Origin: an uncultured Bacteroidales bacterium
GTDB lineage: Bacteria; Bacteroidota; Bacteroidia; Bacteroidales; VadinHA17
Reading direction: 5' to 3'
Length of the DNA: 64,000 nt
Assembly: GCA_963809855.1 (NCBI GenBank)
Contig: CAWELF010000001.1
Location: 1,245,980-1,309,979, forward strand
The translations under genes and the position numbers were made by a program. The notes under the pieces are model-generated. The model saw nothing but the letters and a program-made list of their open reading frames with translations, had not been told where the DNA came from and did no database searches. Positions within the stretch are counted from its first letter, which is position 1; each line of letters begins with the position of its first letter. Positions 1 to 9,586 of this stretch are shown one piece after another.

Positions 1-28
1 TGAAATCGGTCTGGAGAAAGGCAGCAAA

Positions 29-613
29 ATGCAATTTATAATAGAAGTTGCACAGCGGCGATTTGGTATGTATGGTCTGGAAAAGACTTCAATGCAGGAA
101 ATAGCAAACGACCTGAAGTTATCAAAGGGATCATTATATTATTACTTCCCCGACAAGGAAAGTCTTTATAAAGCTGTAGTAGAGAAAGAACAGAACGAGT
201 TCCTGGCAAAAATCTCTGAATTATTACTTAAAATTAAAGAACCCGACCGGCTTCTTCTTGAATATTCTAAGACTCGTCTCTCCTATTTCCGCACTTTACT
301 TAATCTGAGCAGAATCAGGATGGAAGCTTTTTCAGGTCTTAAACCGGTATTCAGAGAATCGATCGGAGCTTTTAAGGAAAAGGAGAAGGAAATTGTAAAA
401 GAGATTTTGGTAAAAGGAGAAAAAACCAGGATTTTTGCTTCGATGAATACTGATAAAATGGCATCCCTTTATCTTGACCTCCTGAGAGGTTTGAGAATAT
501 CGGTGGTTAATGAGAAGAAGACCATGTTTATTGAACAGGACGAATATGACCGTTTATTTGATGTCACCGTTACTTTTACAGAAATATTTATTAAAGGACT
601 GAGTATTAAGTAA
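29..613 (+). CDS. TetR/AcrR family transcriptional regulator (may start upstream of window)
   Basis: N-terminal HTH motif GLEKTSMQEIANDLKLSKGSLYYYFPDKESL; frame open from position 2; heads the efflux operon. Confidence 0.92.
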   Translation: MQFIIEVAQRRFGMYGLEKTSMQEIANDLKLSKGSLYYYFPDKESLYKAVVEKEQNEFLAKISELLLKIKEPDRLLLEYSKTRLSYFRTLLNLSRIRMEAFSGLKPVFRESIGAFKEKEKEIVKEILVKGEKTRIFASMNTDKMASLYLDLLRGLRISVVNEKKTMFIEQDEYDRLFDVTVTFTEIFIKGLSIK

Positions 614-674
614 TCTCGACAATAAGGTATAATCAAAAAATAATTATCAATATGTTTAATTTCAGAATAAATTT

Positions 675-1682
675 ATGAAAGAGGAACCAAAGAAAATCAA
701 GCTTAAAGTATACATTCCACTGGTTATTGTAATACTGGCTGTACTAACAGGTGCATGGTACTGGTACAAAGATTATTCAATGTATATTACTTCCGATGAT
801 GCTCATGTGGATGCAGATAATGTTAGTGTGGGTTCAAAAATTATGGGTAGAATATCGGCTATATATGCTAAGGAAGGCGATGCGGTAAAACAGGGCACTT
901 TACTGGCCGTTATTGATAGCTCTGATCTGGTTTCGCAGCGAAACCAGTCGGTATCAATAAGGTCTCAGGCTCTCGCCAACCTAAATCAAACCGAAGTCAA
1001 ATATAGCTCCGATCAGAAGAGCATAAAAGTCCTGGAGATAAACCTTGAAAGGGCTAACGAAGATTTAGCCAGGGCGAAAAATCAATCTGAAGGAGGGGTG
1101 ATGACTGCAGAACAGTTCGACCATATTAAGAAAGCGGGCGAAACTGCGCAGGCACAACTCGAAGCAGCAAAAGCTCAGTTATTGGTTTCAAAATCTATGA
1201 TATCAACCGCATTGGCTTCTGTTGAAACAGCTAATGCACAGATTAATGTTCTCAACACGCAATTAAATAATACGAAACTTTTTGCTCCTGCTGATGGAAT
1301 TATTGCGAAAAAATGGTTGCTCCCAGGTGATGTAGTTCAACCAAGCCAATCGATATTTACATTAACTATAAATAAGAATTTATGGGTTGCTGCATATCTT
1401 GAAGAGACAAAGATTGCTGAGGTTCATACTGGTCAGAATGTAAGAATATCAATAGATGCATTTCCTGATGTCACTTTTTCAGGAAAGGTTTTTCTGATTG
1501 AACCAAGTACCGCGTCTGTATTTTCCCTTATCCCGGCGAATAATGCTGCCGGTAACTTTACAAAGGTTACACAACGAATTCCCATAAGAATTTCTATCGA
1601 CAGCGCAGATAATGGCAAGGAGGTTTCGTCCTTCAATATTTTATCGGGAATGTCGGTTGTTATCAAGATTGTTAAAAAATAG
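675..1682 (+). CDS. emrA: EmrA-like HlyD family efflux membrane fusion protein
   Basis: N-terminal TM, SDDAHVD, lipoyl-like halves flanking a coiled coil, FSLIPANNAAGNFTKVTQRIPIRI signature. Confidence 0.9.
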   Translation: MKEEPKKIKLKVYIPLVIVILAVLTGAWYWYKDYSMYITSDDAHVDADNVSVGSKIMGRISAIYAKEGDAVKQGTLLAVIDSSDLVSQRNQSVSIRSQALANLNQTEVKYSSDQKSIKVLEINLERANEDLARAKNQSEGGVMTAEQFDHIKKAGETAQAQLEAAKAQLLVSKSMISTALASVETANAQINVLNTQLNNTKLFAPADGIIAKKWLLPGDVVQPSQSIFTLTINKNLWVAAYLEETKIAEVHTGQNVRISIDAFPDVTFSGKVFLIEPSTASVFSLIPANNAAGNFTKVTQRIPIRISIDSADNGKEVSSFNILSGMSVVIKIVKK

Positions 1683-1684
1683 GA

Positions 1685-3307
1685 ATGGACAAGAGAAGAA
1701 CACCATCTCACCGCATCCGGGTGTTGGTAAGAAACAGAGACTCTGCCTTTCACCCCCAACATGATTCCTACAAGTGGTTCCTGCTTGCAAATATCATGCT
1801 TGGTACCTTCATGGCTGTTCTTGATGCGACAATAGTTAATGTTGGCCTTCCAAAAATCATGGCTTCTTTTGGGGTTGGCCTTGATAAGATTCAATGGGTA
1901 AGCACTGCGTATATGCTTGCTATGGCTGTAGCTTTACCAACATCCGGCTGGCTGGCTGATAAATTTGGTTATAAGCGTTTGTATTTCCTTGGATTGCTGT
2001 TTTTTACATTGGGGTCAGCATTATGCGGGAGAGCTTCAGATGAAAACATGCTCATATTATCAAGGGTAATTCAGGGATTTGGCGCCGGAACAATACAACC
2101 ATTGGGAATGGCTATTATTACCAGGGAATTTCCTCCACAGCAACGTGGAATAGCTCTTGGCTTCTGGGGAATATCGGCTGCCGCATCGGTTTCTTTTGGG
2201 CCTCTTATCGGAGGATTTCTTATCGACAGGTTCAGCTGGCCGTTAATTTTCGATGTAAATATTCCGTTCGGCATTATAGCAATGCTTTTCACAATTGTTA
2301 TTCAGCAGGAGTATATAAACAAAATGGTAAGAAAATTTGATATGGTAGGTTTTATTTCCGTAACAATATTCCTGCCACTCACTTTATACACACTCTCACA
2401 GGGGAACGCAGCGACCAACTCCGAAGGATGGCATGCCACATTTATCCTGGTGAACGGGGCTATAGCTTTAATTGCCCTTGCGGTTTTTATAACCGCTGAA
2501 CTAACTGTAAAGGAGCCGCTACTCGATTTAAGACTCCTACTTAATCACAATTTTGGTATAGCCAATATTATTCTGGTATTATTTAGCCTGGGTATGTTCG
2601 GCAGTACATTCCTTCTGCCCATCTATCTCCAGAATTCGCTGGGTTATACAGCGCTCCAGGCAGGATCAGTGTTTCTTCCGGTTGGTATTATACAGGGAAT
2701 AACAGCGCCAATCTCCGGAAAGATCTCAGATAAGATTAGTCCCAAACTACCTCTTATAGTCGGTGTATTGCTGTTTTCTTTCAGTTTTTACCTTAACTCT
2801 AATCTTTCGTGGCTTACTGAATTGAAATATATTATGTTGTCCTTATATATCCGGGGATTCGCTATGGGGTTGATGTTTACAGCGCTTTCAACTATTTCAT
2901 TGAGTGAGATACCACGCGAAAAGATGGCCCAGGCCTCCGCGATAACTAATTCAATCCGACAGCTTGGAGGTAGCCTGGGGGTTGCCCTGCTTGCCACCCT
3001 GCTCACTGCCAGGGTAAATTTTCATGTACAGAATTATGGAGGGGCTGTAAAGCAGAATTCAGAGGTTTTTCAAACGACGGTAAATAAAATTAAATATCAT
3101 GTGCAACATGATGCGGGAAGTTCGCCATCCGGCTCAACGAGACAAAGTCAGGCAATGATTCTTTCAAATCTGAATAAACAGGCTTATATTCAGGGCATTA
3201 ACGATGATTTTCTGATTGCTGGTATTTTAACTCTAATTGGAGGAATACCAATATTTTTTCTACATACAAAAAAATCTATAATTCAAAATCTTCCATCAAA
3301 TGAATAA
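1685..3307 (+). CDS. emrB: DHA2 family MFS efflux permease (EmrB/QacA)
   Basis: FMAVLDATIVNVGLP and GWLADKFGYKR motifs, many TM helices; directly downstream of emrA-like gene. Confidence 0.92.
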   Translation: MDKRRTPSHRIRVLVRNRDSAFHPQHDSYKWFLLANIMLGTFMAVLDATIVNVGLPKIMASFGVGLDKIQWVSTAYMLAMAVALPTSGWLADKFGYKRLYFLGLLFFTLGSALCGRASDENMLILSRVIQGFGAGTIQPLGMAIITREFPPQQRGIALGFWGISAAASVSFGPLIGGFLIDRFSWPLIFDVNIPFGIIAMLFTIVIQQEYINKMVRKFDMVGFISVTIFLPLTLYTLSQGNAATNSEGWHATFILVNGAIALIALAVFITAELTVKEPLLDLRLLLNHNFGIANIILVLFSLGMFGSTFLLPIYLQNSLGYTALQAGSVFLPVGIIQGITAPISGKISDKISPKLPLIVGVLLFSFSFYLNSNLSWLTELKYIMLSLYIRGFAMGLMFTALSTISLSEIPREKMAQASAITNSIRQLGGSLGVALLATLLTARVNFHVQNYGGAVKQNSEVFQTTVNKIKYHVQHDAGSSPSGSTRQSQAMILSNLNKQAYIQGINDDFLIAGILTLIGGIPIFFLHTKKSIIQNLPSNE

Positions 3308-4643
3308 AAGAATTACAGGAATATTATTTCTGCTGCCATTGGGGTTGTCTTTCTTAATTAATACTGTCATTAACGGACAGGCAATTGATATGGTGAAACA
3401 AAAATCTTCCACTGATTCACTGCAGTTAAAAAATATTATTGAAACAGTCATAAAAAGTTACCCAACTGTTAAAGCTGCTCAGGAAGCTATAAGTAATGCA
3501 GATGCTAAGATCAGTCTCGCAAGAACCGGATATTATCCTGAAGCAGATGTTACGGCAAATTATTCAAATATTGGTCCTGTTACAAAGCTAACAATCCCAT
3601 CATTGGGGACATTCCAGCTCTACCCCGATAATAATTATTCAGCTGCAATAAATTACAGGCAGGTTTTATATGATTTTGGAAGGACCAGGGAAAATATTGA
3701 ACTTGAGAAAGAAAACAAGGCAATTGGTGAACAGACTCTTGAACAGGTAAAACAAAGGTTATCACTTTTTGCAGTGAACAACTTCTACACGCTGGTCTTC
3801 TTGCAGGCTGCAATAACAATTAAAGAACAACAGATTGAAGCGTTAAATGAACACCTAAAGTTCGTCGAAAAAATGATGGCAACAGGTTCTGCAACTGAAT
3901 ACCAAATACTTACAACTAAGGTAAGCATTTCGACTGTAGAAAGTCAGAAAGTTGATCTGATCGCAGCTCTTGCTTCCCAACAGTCTTCTCTTAATTCATT
4001 ATTAGGAGATAATTATCAGACTAATCCAGTGGTAAAGAACGACCTAACTGTGGATGTTCCTGTAATTCCTTCAGATTCAGCAATTTCTTTTGCTTTTCGC
4101 AACCGTGATGAGGTTCTTATAAATGAGAAAAGGACAACACTTGCTGAACTTCGTTATGATATGACAAAGTTACAGAATAAGCCTGTATTGAATTTTATGG
4201 CTTCCGCTGGTGGCAAGAATGGATATATTCCGGATATGGGTAACGTGGTTGCCAATTATGTCGTAGGAATAGGAATCAAGGTACCATTATATGATGCCTC
4301 AAGAAATAAATACAATCTTTTACAGGCTCAATCAGCAATAACCTCGCTTTCTTATGAATCGGAGTCGGCTAAACGGACAATATCTAATGAAGTTAATGAA
4401 GCCCAGGCATATATGCTCGCGGCCGGCAAAAAGATAGCACAATTTGAGCTTCAGCTCCAAACAGCCTTAAAAGCCTACTCTCTTGCTGAGACAAGTTTTA
4501 AATCGGGAACTATTACAAACCTCGACCTTCTCTATGCCAATACTTCGGTTTCAGAAAGCAGATTAATGCTTCTTAAAGCCAGAATCGATTACGTGGCAAG
4601 CGTTTATAAGCTAAAAGTTGCACTTGGGGAAAGGATCTATTAA
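3300..4643 (+). CDS. tolC: TolC family outer membrane efflux protein
   Basis: Signal peptide, repeated OEP helical pattern (ARTGYYPEADV...LYDFG; IKVPLYD), overlaps emrB stop. Confidence 0.88.
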   Translation: MNKRITGILFLLPLGLSFLINTVINGQAIDMVKQKSSTDSLQLKNIIETVIKSYPTVKAAQEAISNADAKISLARTGYYPEADVTANYSNIGPVTKLTIPSLGTFQLYPDNNYSAAINYRQVLYDFGRTRENIELEKENKAIGEQTLEQVKQRLSLFAVNNFYTLVFLQAAITIKEQQIEALNEHLKFVEKMMATGSATEYQILTTKVSISTVESQKVDLIAALASQQSSLNSLLGDNYQTNPVVKNDLTVDVPVIPSDSAISFAFRNRDEVLINEKRTTLAELRYDMTKLQNKPVLNFMASAGGKNGYIPDMGNVVANYVVGIGIKVPLYDASRNKYNLLQAQSAITSLSYESESAKRTISNEVNEAQAYMLAAGKKIAQFELQLQTALKAYSLAETSFKSGTITNLDLLYANTSVSESRLMLLKARIDYVASVYKLKVALGERIY

Positions 4644-4730
4644 CTCACAGGAAGAAAGACACACGGCACACAACCTACGACTCAAGGAAGAACAGAAGGT
4701 TTTTTGTTCCGTAAGCCGTGCGTCGTGAGT
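4643..4730 (+). terminator. Long imperfect hairpin after tolC (terminator or REP-like)
   Basis: actcac/gtgagt, gacacacggc/gccgtgcgtc and gaacagaa/ttttgttc arms. Confidence 0.45.
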
Positions 4731-4783
4731 CATTCGTTATGAGTCTTTTGCTTTGGCATTAGAGAATAAGAGGAAATTAATAT

Positions 4784-4791
4784 TACTTTTG
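4784..4791 (+). promoter_or_regulatory. Bacteroidota sigma-A -7 box (TAnnTTTG) for DMT-arfB
   Basis: TACTTTTG ~60 nt upstream of ATG 4850. Confidence 0.55.
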
Positions 4792-4849
4792 CTGCCTTAA
4801 AATTATAATTCGGTATTTATATACTGATCATATCAAACTTTTATTGATT

Positions 4850-5752
4850 ATGAACTTCTTTAACAGCCACCTTGGTGAGTTTGCTGCACTGCTAACGGCA
4901 TTGTTCTGGACAGTAACTTCACTATCGTTCGAGGCAGCAGGTCATAGAATTGGCTCTGTTGCAGTAAATATTCTAAGGTTGCTGATCGGATTTGTTTTCC
5001 TCAGTGTATTTAACCTAATTCACCGTGGTTTTATTCTGCCTGTAGATGCAAGTTGGCAAAACTGGATTTGGTTGTCATTATCAGGTTTTGTAGGGTTTGT
5101 TTTTGGCGATCTTTTTCTATTCAAATCATACACTATTATCGGATCGAGATTCTCAATGTTAATTATGACTCTGGTCCCTCCGATTACTGCCTTTTTCAGC
5201 TTTATAATTCTGGGAGAGCGACTCACTTTGTTCCATTATCTCGGTATGACTCTGACATTTACAGGAATAGCCATGGCAATTTTCAGCCGGGGCGCTAAAG
5301 GTGAGAAATTGTCATTAAAACTTGCTCCCAGAGGAATACTTTATGCATTTGGAGGAGCTGTAGGTCAGGCTCTTGGCCTGGTGCTAAGTAAATTCGGTAT
5401 GAAAGATTATGATCCTTTCGCCGCCACCCAGATAAGGATTATTGCCGGAATTATAGGATATACCATTCTCGTGTCGGTACTGATGAGATGGAGCAGCGTA
5501 ATTAAGGCTACGCGAAATAAGGAGGGGATGTTGCTAACAAGTCTCGGAGCATTTTTTGGTCCTTTTCTTGGTGTCTCATTTTCCCTTATCGCAGTAAAAT
5601 ACACCGAAGCAGGTATTGCATCAACAATTATGGCCCTGGTACCGGTATTTATAATTATTCCTGCAGTATTTTTGTTTAAAGAGAAAGTTACTCTTCCTGA
5701 GATGCTGGGTGCAATAGTCAGTGTTGCCGGAGTAGCTCTCTTCTTTGTATAA
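4850..5752 (+). CDS. EamA/DMT family transporter
   Basis: ~10 TM helices as two EamA repeats; ATG at 4850 preferred over TTG 4844. Confidence 0.88.
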   Translation: MNFFNSHLGEFAALLTALFWTVTSLSFEAAGHRIGSVAVNILRLLIGFVFLSVFNLIHRGFILPVDASWQNWIWLSLSGFVGFVFGDLFLFKSYTIIGSRFSMLIMTLVPPITAFFSFIILGERLTLFHYLGMTLTFTGIAMAIFSRGAKGEKLSLKLAPRGILYAFGGAVGQALGLVLSKFGMKDYDPFAATQIRIIAGIIGYTILVSVLMRWSSVIKATRNKEGMLLTSLGAFFGPFLGVSFSLIAVKYTEAGIASTIMALVPVFIIIPAVFLFKEKVTLPEMLGAIVSVAGVALFFV

Positions 5753-5767
5753 AAACTGAAGAAGGTT

Positions 5768-6190
5768 ATGAGTCCTGATGAGTTAAAACAGCGAAACTTT
5801 GAAAGTGAGTTCATTTTCGCGACTTCCCGGAGCGGTGGTCCGGGTGGTCAGAATGTAAATAAAGTGAATACCAAGGTTGAGCTTAGATTCAATGTTTTTA
5901 CTACTCAGCTTCTTACTGATTCGGAAAAAGAGCTGATATTCATAAAGCTTAAGAACAGAATTAATAATGAGAATGAATTGATCCTGGTTTCACAGACTGA
6001 AAGAAACCAGCTGATGAATAAAAATGTAGTTAATGAGAAGTTCTATATACTTATGTCAAAGGCTCTTACAGTTGCTGCAAAGAGAAGGGCTACCAGACCA
6101 ACTCTTTTATCAAAATTCAAACGCCTGAATGAAAAAAAGAATAGAGGTGAAGTAAAGAGACTTCGAAAAGATACAGGCCTTTCAGATTAA
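5768..6190 (+). CDS. arfB: Alternative ribosome rescue peptidyl-tRNA hydrolase ArfB
   Basis: SRSGGPGGQNVNKVNTKV (GGQ), RNQLMN, basic C-terminal tail RRATRPT...KRLNEKK. Confidence 0.95.
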   Translation: MSPDELKQRNFESEFIFATSRSGGPGGQNVNKVNTKVELRFNVFTTQLLTDSEKELIFIKLKNRINNENELILVSQTERNQLMNKNVVNEKFYILMSKALTVAAKRRATRPTLLSKFKRLNEKKNRGEVKRLRKDTGLSD

Positions 6191-6204
6191 ACCGCGGTTC
6201 CCCT

Positions 6205-6238
6205 TTGCGCCGTTGCGCCATTGTGCCGTTGCGCCGTT
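6205..6238. repeat. Intergenic 8-nt tandem repeat (ttgcgccg x4)
   Basis: ttgcgccg ttgcgcca ttgtgccg ttgcgccg tt between convergent arfB and MATE genes. Confidence 0.8.
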
Positions 6239-6240
6239 AA

Positions 6241-7665
6241 TTATACCTCCTTTAGCTTCCACTTTCCTCTTCTGAAGACCAGCCATGCTATAAAGGTCAT
6301 CAAAGATTCTGCAACGACTATTGCTATAAAGACTCCTTCTTCCCTGAATCCCAGTTTAATAGCAAGAAACCAGGCTAGAGGTATTTCGACCATCCAGAAG
6401 GCAAAAATGTTTATTTTGAGTGGTGTAGAGGTATCTCCTGCCCCATTAAATGAATTAACAAGTACCATACCAAGACCATAAGATATAAATCCAATGCTTA
6501 TAATTCTGAGTCCCAATATACCCGATTTGACAACATTCTCATTATCAATAAACAACCTGATAAATGGTTCAGGAAACAAGACCAGGATAAGGCCTATTAA
6601 ACCAAGAAATATCATATTAACCACACCTGTCACCCACACTGATCTTTCAGCTCTTTCCGGTTTTTTTGCACCAAGATTTTGCCCTACAAGAGTTGATGTG
6701 GCATTGCTGACTCCCCAGGATGGCAATATGGTAAAACCGATTATCCTTATTGCAATAGTATAACCTGCAACAACTTCACTTCCAAAGATTGAAATAATTC
6801 TTACGAGGGCTATCCAGCTTGAAGTGCTGATAATACTTTGTCCGATACTGCCAATTGAAAGCTCTAATATCTTGATCATTATGCGAAAATCGATCACAAG
6901 GTGTTTTAAAGAAAGCTGGATCCGTTTCTTTCCATTGAAAAGAAGATAGAACTGAATCAAAACGGCGGTTCCCCTTCCTATTGTTGTAGCCATGGCAGCT
7001 CCGGTCACTCCCATTCTCGGAAACGGGCCCAGACCAAATATGAGACATGGATCCAGAACGATGTTTATTATATTTCCAATCCACAAAACTTTCATGGCTA
7101 CTGCTGCATCACCTGAGCTTCTGAATATAGCATTAATAATAAAGAGCATCATTATAACAATATTGCCACCCAGCATGATCCTGGTATAACCCGACATTTT
7201 GTGTACAATCTGATCTGATGCACCCATTGCTCCAAGCAGGTTGCTGGCAAAAATAACACCAGGAATTGCTATAAGTATTGAAATTGCGAACCCAGTCAGT
7301 ATAGCCTGAATAGCGGCAACTGAAGCAGCATCAGGATTTTTCTCACCAATCCTTCGTGAGACTATTGAAGTTGTTGCTGTACCCAAACCAATTGCAATAG
7401 CATATATTATTGTAATCATCGATTCTGTCAGACCAACAGTAGCCACTGCATCTGCGCCAAGCTTTGAAACGAAGAAAATATCTGCTATAACAAAAACAGA
7501 TTCCATCACCATCTCGAGTATTGCGGGTATGGATAATAGCAAAATTGCCCTGCTCAGTTTACCTTCAGTAAAATCCTGCTCAGTACCTGAAACAGCTTCT
7601 CTAACATCATTAAAAAAGGATTTGAATCTGCTCTTGATTTTTATCTGGAAATTGCCTGAATTCAT
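6241..7665 (-). CDS. MATE family efflux transporter
   Basis: DIFFVSKLGADAVATVG, NIINIVLDPCLIFG..MGVTGAAMAT, VGQNLGAKKPERA motifs. Confidence 0.93.
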   Translation of the reverse strand: MNSGNFQIKIKSRFKSFFNDVREAVSGTEQDFTEGKLSRAILLLSIPAILEMVMESVFVIADIFFVSKLGADAVATVGLTESMITIIYAIAIGLGTATTSIVSRRIGEKNPDAASVAAIQAILTGFAISILIAIPGVIFASNLLGAMGASDQIVHKMSGYTRIMLGGNIVIMMLFIINAIFRSSGDAAVAMKVLWIGNIINIVLDPCLIFGLGPFPRMGVTGAAMATTIGRGTAVLIQFYLLFNGKKRIQLSLKHLVIDFRIMIKILELSIGSIGQSIISTSSWIALVRIISIFGSEVVAGYTIAIRIIGFTILPSWGVSNATSTLVGQNLGAKKPERAERSVWVTGVVNMIFLGLIGLILVLFPEPFIRLFIDNENVVKSGILGLRIISIGFISYGLGMVLVNSFNGAGDTSTPLKINIFAFWMVEIPLAWFLAIKLGFREEGVFIAIVVAESLMTFIAWLVFRRGKWKLKEV

Positions 7666-7672
7666 GCAGATC

Positions 7673-9058
7673 TTACCTGGTTAGCGTATCGGAAACAGAC
7701 TTTAGTTCTTTACTTCTGTTCTTCAGAAAGAGTCCTGTTACTGCAAGGACGAATGAAAGCAAAGCAATCAGGTAGAAGACCTGTCTGTATCCTTTCATGA
7801 CGATATCGTTTGATGCAAGGAGTGTTCCAATGATAGCAGCGCCGGTCATCTGCCCTATGCTTACAAAGATTGTAATTAAGCCTTGTGTCGAAGCTCGTTC
7901 TGACACTGATACTTCGTTCAGCATTATGTAACGCAGGGCAGAACCTGATAATATAGAAAAACCAAGTCCAAGAAATATTTCACCCACATAAAACACCATC
8001 CGGTCGTTGGATACCCTGCTTAAAAAAATAAAACCAATGGAGGCCAGAATTAGTCCGGCTATAATAAGAATTCTGGAGCCGAATTTATCTATAAGTCGCC
8101 CGGAAACCGGTGATCCCAAAGCCGTAGCAATTACAACAGGAAGCAGCATGAAACTGGCGGTTGAAGTTGGCACTCCAAAAGAGGCAATAGCCATAGAGGG
8201 AAGGAAGACAAATGAAGCCTGAAAAATACCAGTTCCTATTGCGATTAATCCCGTCAGACTTATTTGCCTGATTAAGAATAACCTGGGATCAACAACAGGT
8301 GTGACTTCATTCTTCTCAACAAAGATCAATACAAAGAATGCCAAAAGTGCGAAGAGAAGGAAGGGAAGTACTCTTAAAGATAACAGACTTTCGATGAATG
8401 CATTGGCTTTTATCCCGTTTATTCCGAATGCAAAAGTCGAAAGAAGCAAACCTAGAATTGTTATTCCTTTCCAGTCAATTGTTGTCACTTTTGCGACCGG
8501 CACATCAGGAAGAAGTTTATTGCTGAAATATATCAAAGCAGCAGCAATTGGCAGGTTTATATAAAACAAGTCGTTCCACACAAAGAATTTTAAAACTAAA
8601 CCGGCAATTACCGGACCTATAATAAATGCTAATCCAAAAACAGCGCCTATCAAGCCAAGAGCCCTTCCCCTCTTTTCCGGAGGGAAAATATCGCCAACAA
8701 CTGCAGACGCAACAGGAAATATCCCGGACGCACCAAAACCCTGAACAACACGACCAGCTAACAGGATGTCGTAGTTATGAGACAGAGCAACAATAAGTGA
8801 TCCAAACCCAAAAATGATCAGTGAAAGAACATAAATTTTTCTTCTTCCGTACAGATCAGAAAGCTTTGCCATCAGAGATATACCAACAAGATTAGCAAGC
8901 ACATATATTGAAAATATCCACGACATAAGCTGTTCGTCAACGTTAATGGATTTCTCTATTGCCGGAATAGCCGGACCAACTATTGAAATGTCGAGGGCTC
9001 CCATCAAAACACCAACAAACAGTACAGCAAGGATGCGATTATTGTTATTATTAGTCAT
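7673..9058 (-). CDS. MFS drug efflux transporter (DHA2-like)
   Basis: MGALDISIVGPAIP, AKLSDLYGRRK, GRLIDKFGSR motifs. Confidence 0.9.
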   Translation of the reverse strand: MTNNNNNRILAVLFVGVLMGALDISIVGPAIPAIEKSINVDEQLMSWIFSIYVLANLVGISLMAKLSDLYGRRKIYVLSLIIFGFGSLIVALSHNYDILLAGRVVQGFGASGIFPVASAVVGDIFPPEKRGRALGLIGAVFGLAFIIGPVIAGLVLKFFVWNDLFYINLPIAAALIYFSNKLLPDVPVAKVTTIDWKGITILGLLLSTFAFGINGIKANAFIESLLSLRVLPFLLFALLAFFVLIFVEKNEVTPVVDPRLFLIRQISLTGLIAIGTGIFQASFVFLPSMAIASFGVPTSTASFMLLPVVIATALGSPVSGRLIDKFGSRILIIAGLILASIGFIFLSRVSNDRMVFYVGEIFLGLGFSILSGSALRYIMLNEVSVSERASTQGLITIFVSIGQMTGAAIIGTLLASNDIVMKGYRQVFYLIALLSFVLAVTGLFLKNRSKELKSVSDTLTR

Positions 9059-9586
9059 TGTTCAATATTTTATTCTCTCAATAATTTATTTCTTAAAACG
9101 TTTCTGCAGGATAACAGATAGCTGAAAATTAATGTCTGTAAAAGTATCGCAATTTTATCAATTTCAGAATACTAGTGATGAGTTTGATTGCAATAACAAA
9201 TTTTGCCACGAAGTGGCATAATATGAATAACCGTGTGTACAACCAACGGTTGACTCTAAACTGAATTCTACAGCCCGGGTGAGAAAATGATTTAATAAGC
9301 CATTAATAACTGCTTCAGAAAATACATTAAAAAAGTACCAATATTAAGAAAAATTAATATTGATCATGATAATATCATATCTCACTATCATACAACCACA
9401 TAACTAACATCTTAAAGTTATCAAAAACATCGATTGTTAATAAAATACCAAATGTGTTAATATTTCTGATGGTCATATGATACATTGTATTTATAGAATA
9501 TATAATTTCGTCCTAAATATTTTTAGATAACAGTTATTAATTTAAAACAAACTAAAAAGAAAAGGTGAAAAATTTCATCCTCTGTT

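Noticed and set aside
9059-9586. sRNA or small ORF in the 530-nt divergent spacer
   Set aside because: Only a short tgccac-gaa-gtggca hairpin and AT-rich promoter-like DNA; no convincing ORF or extended structure
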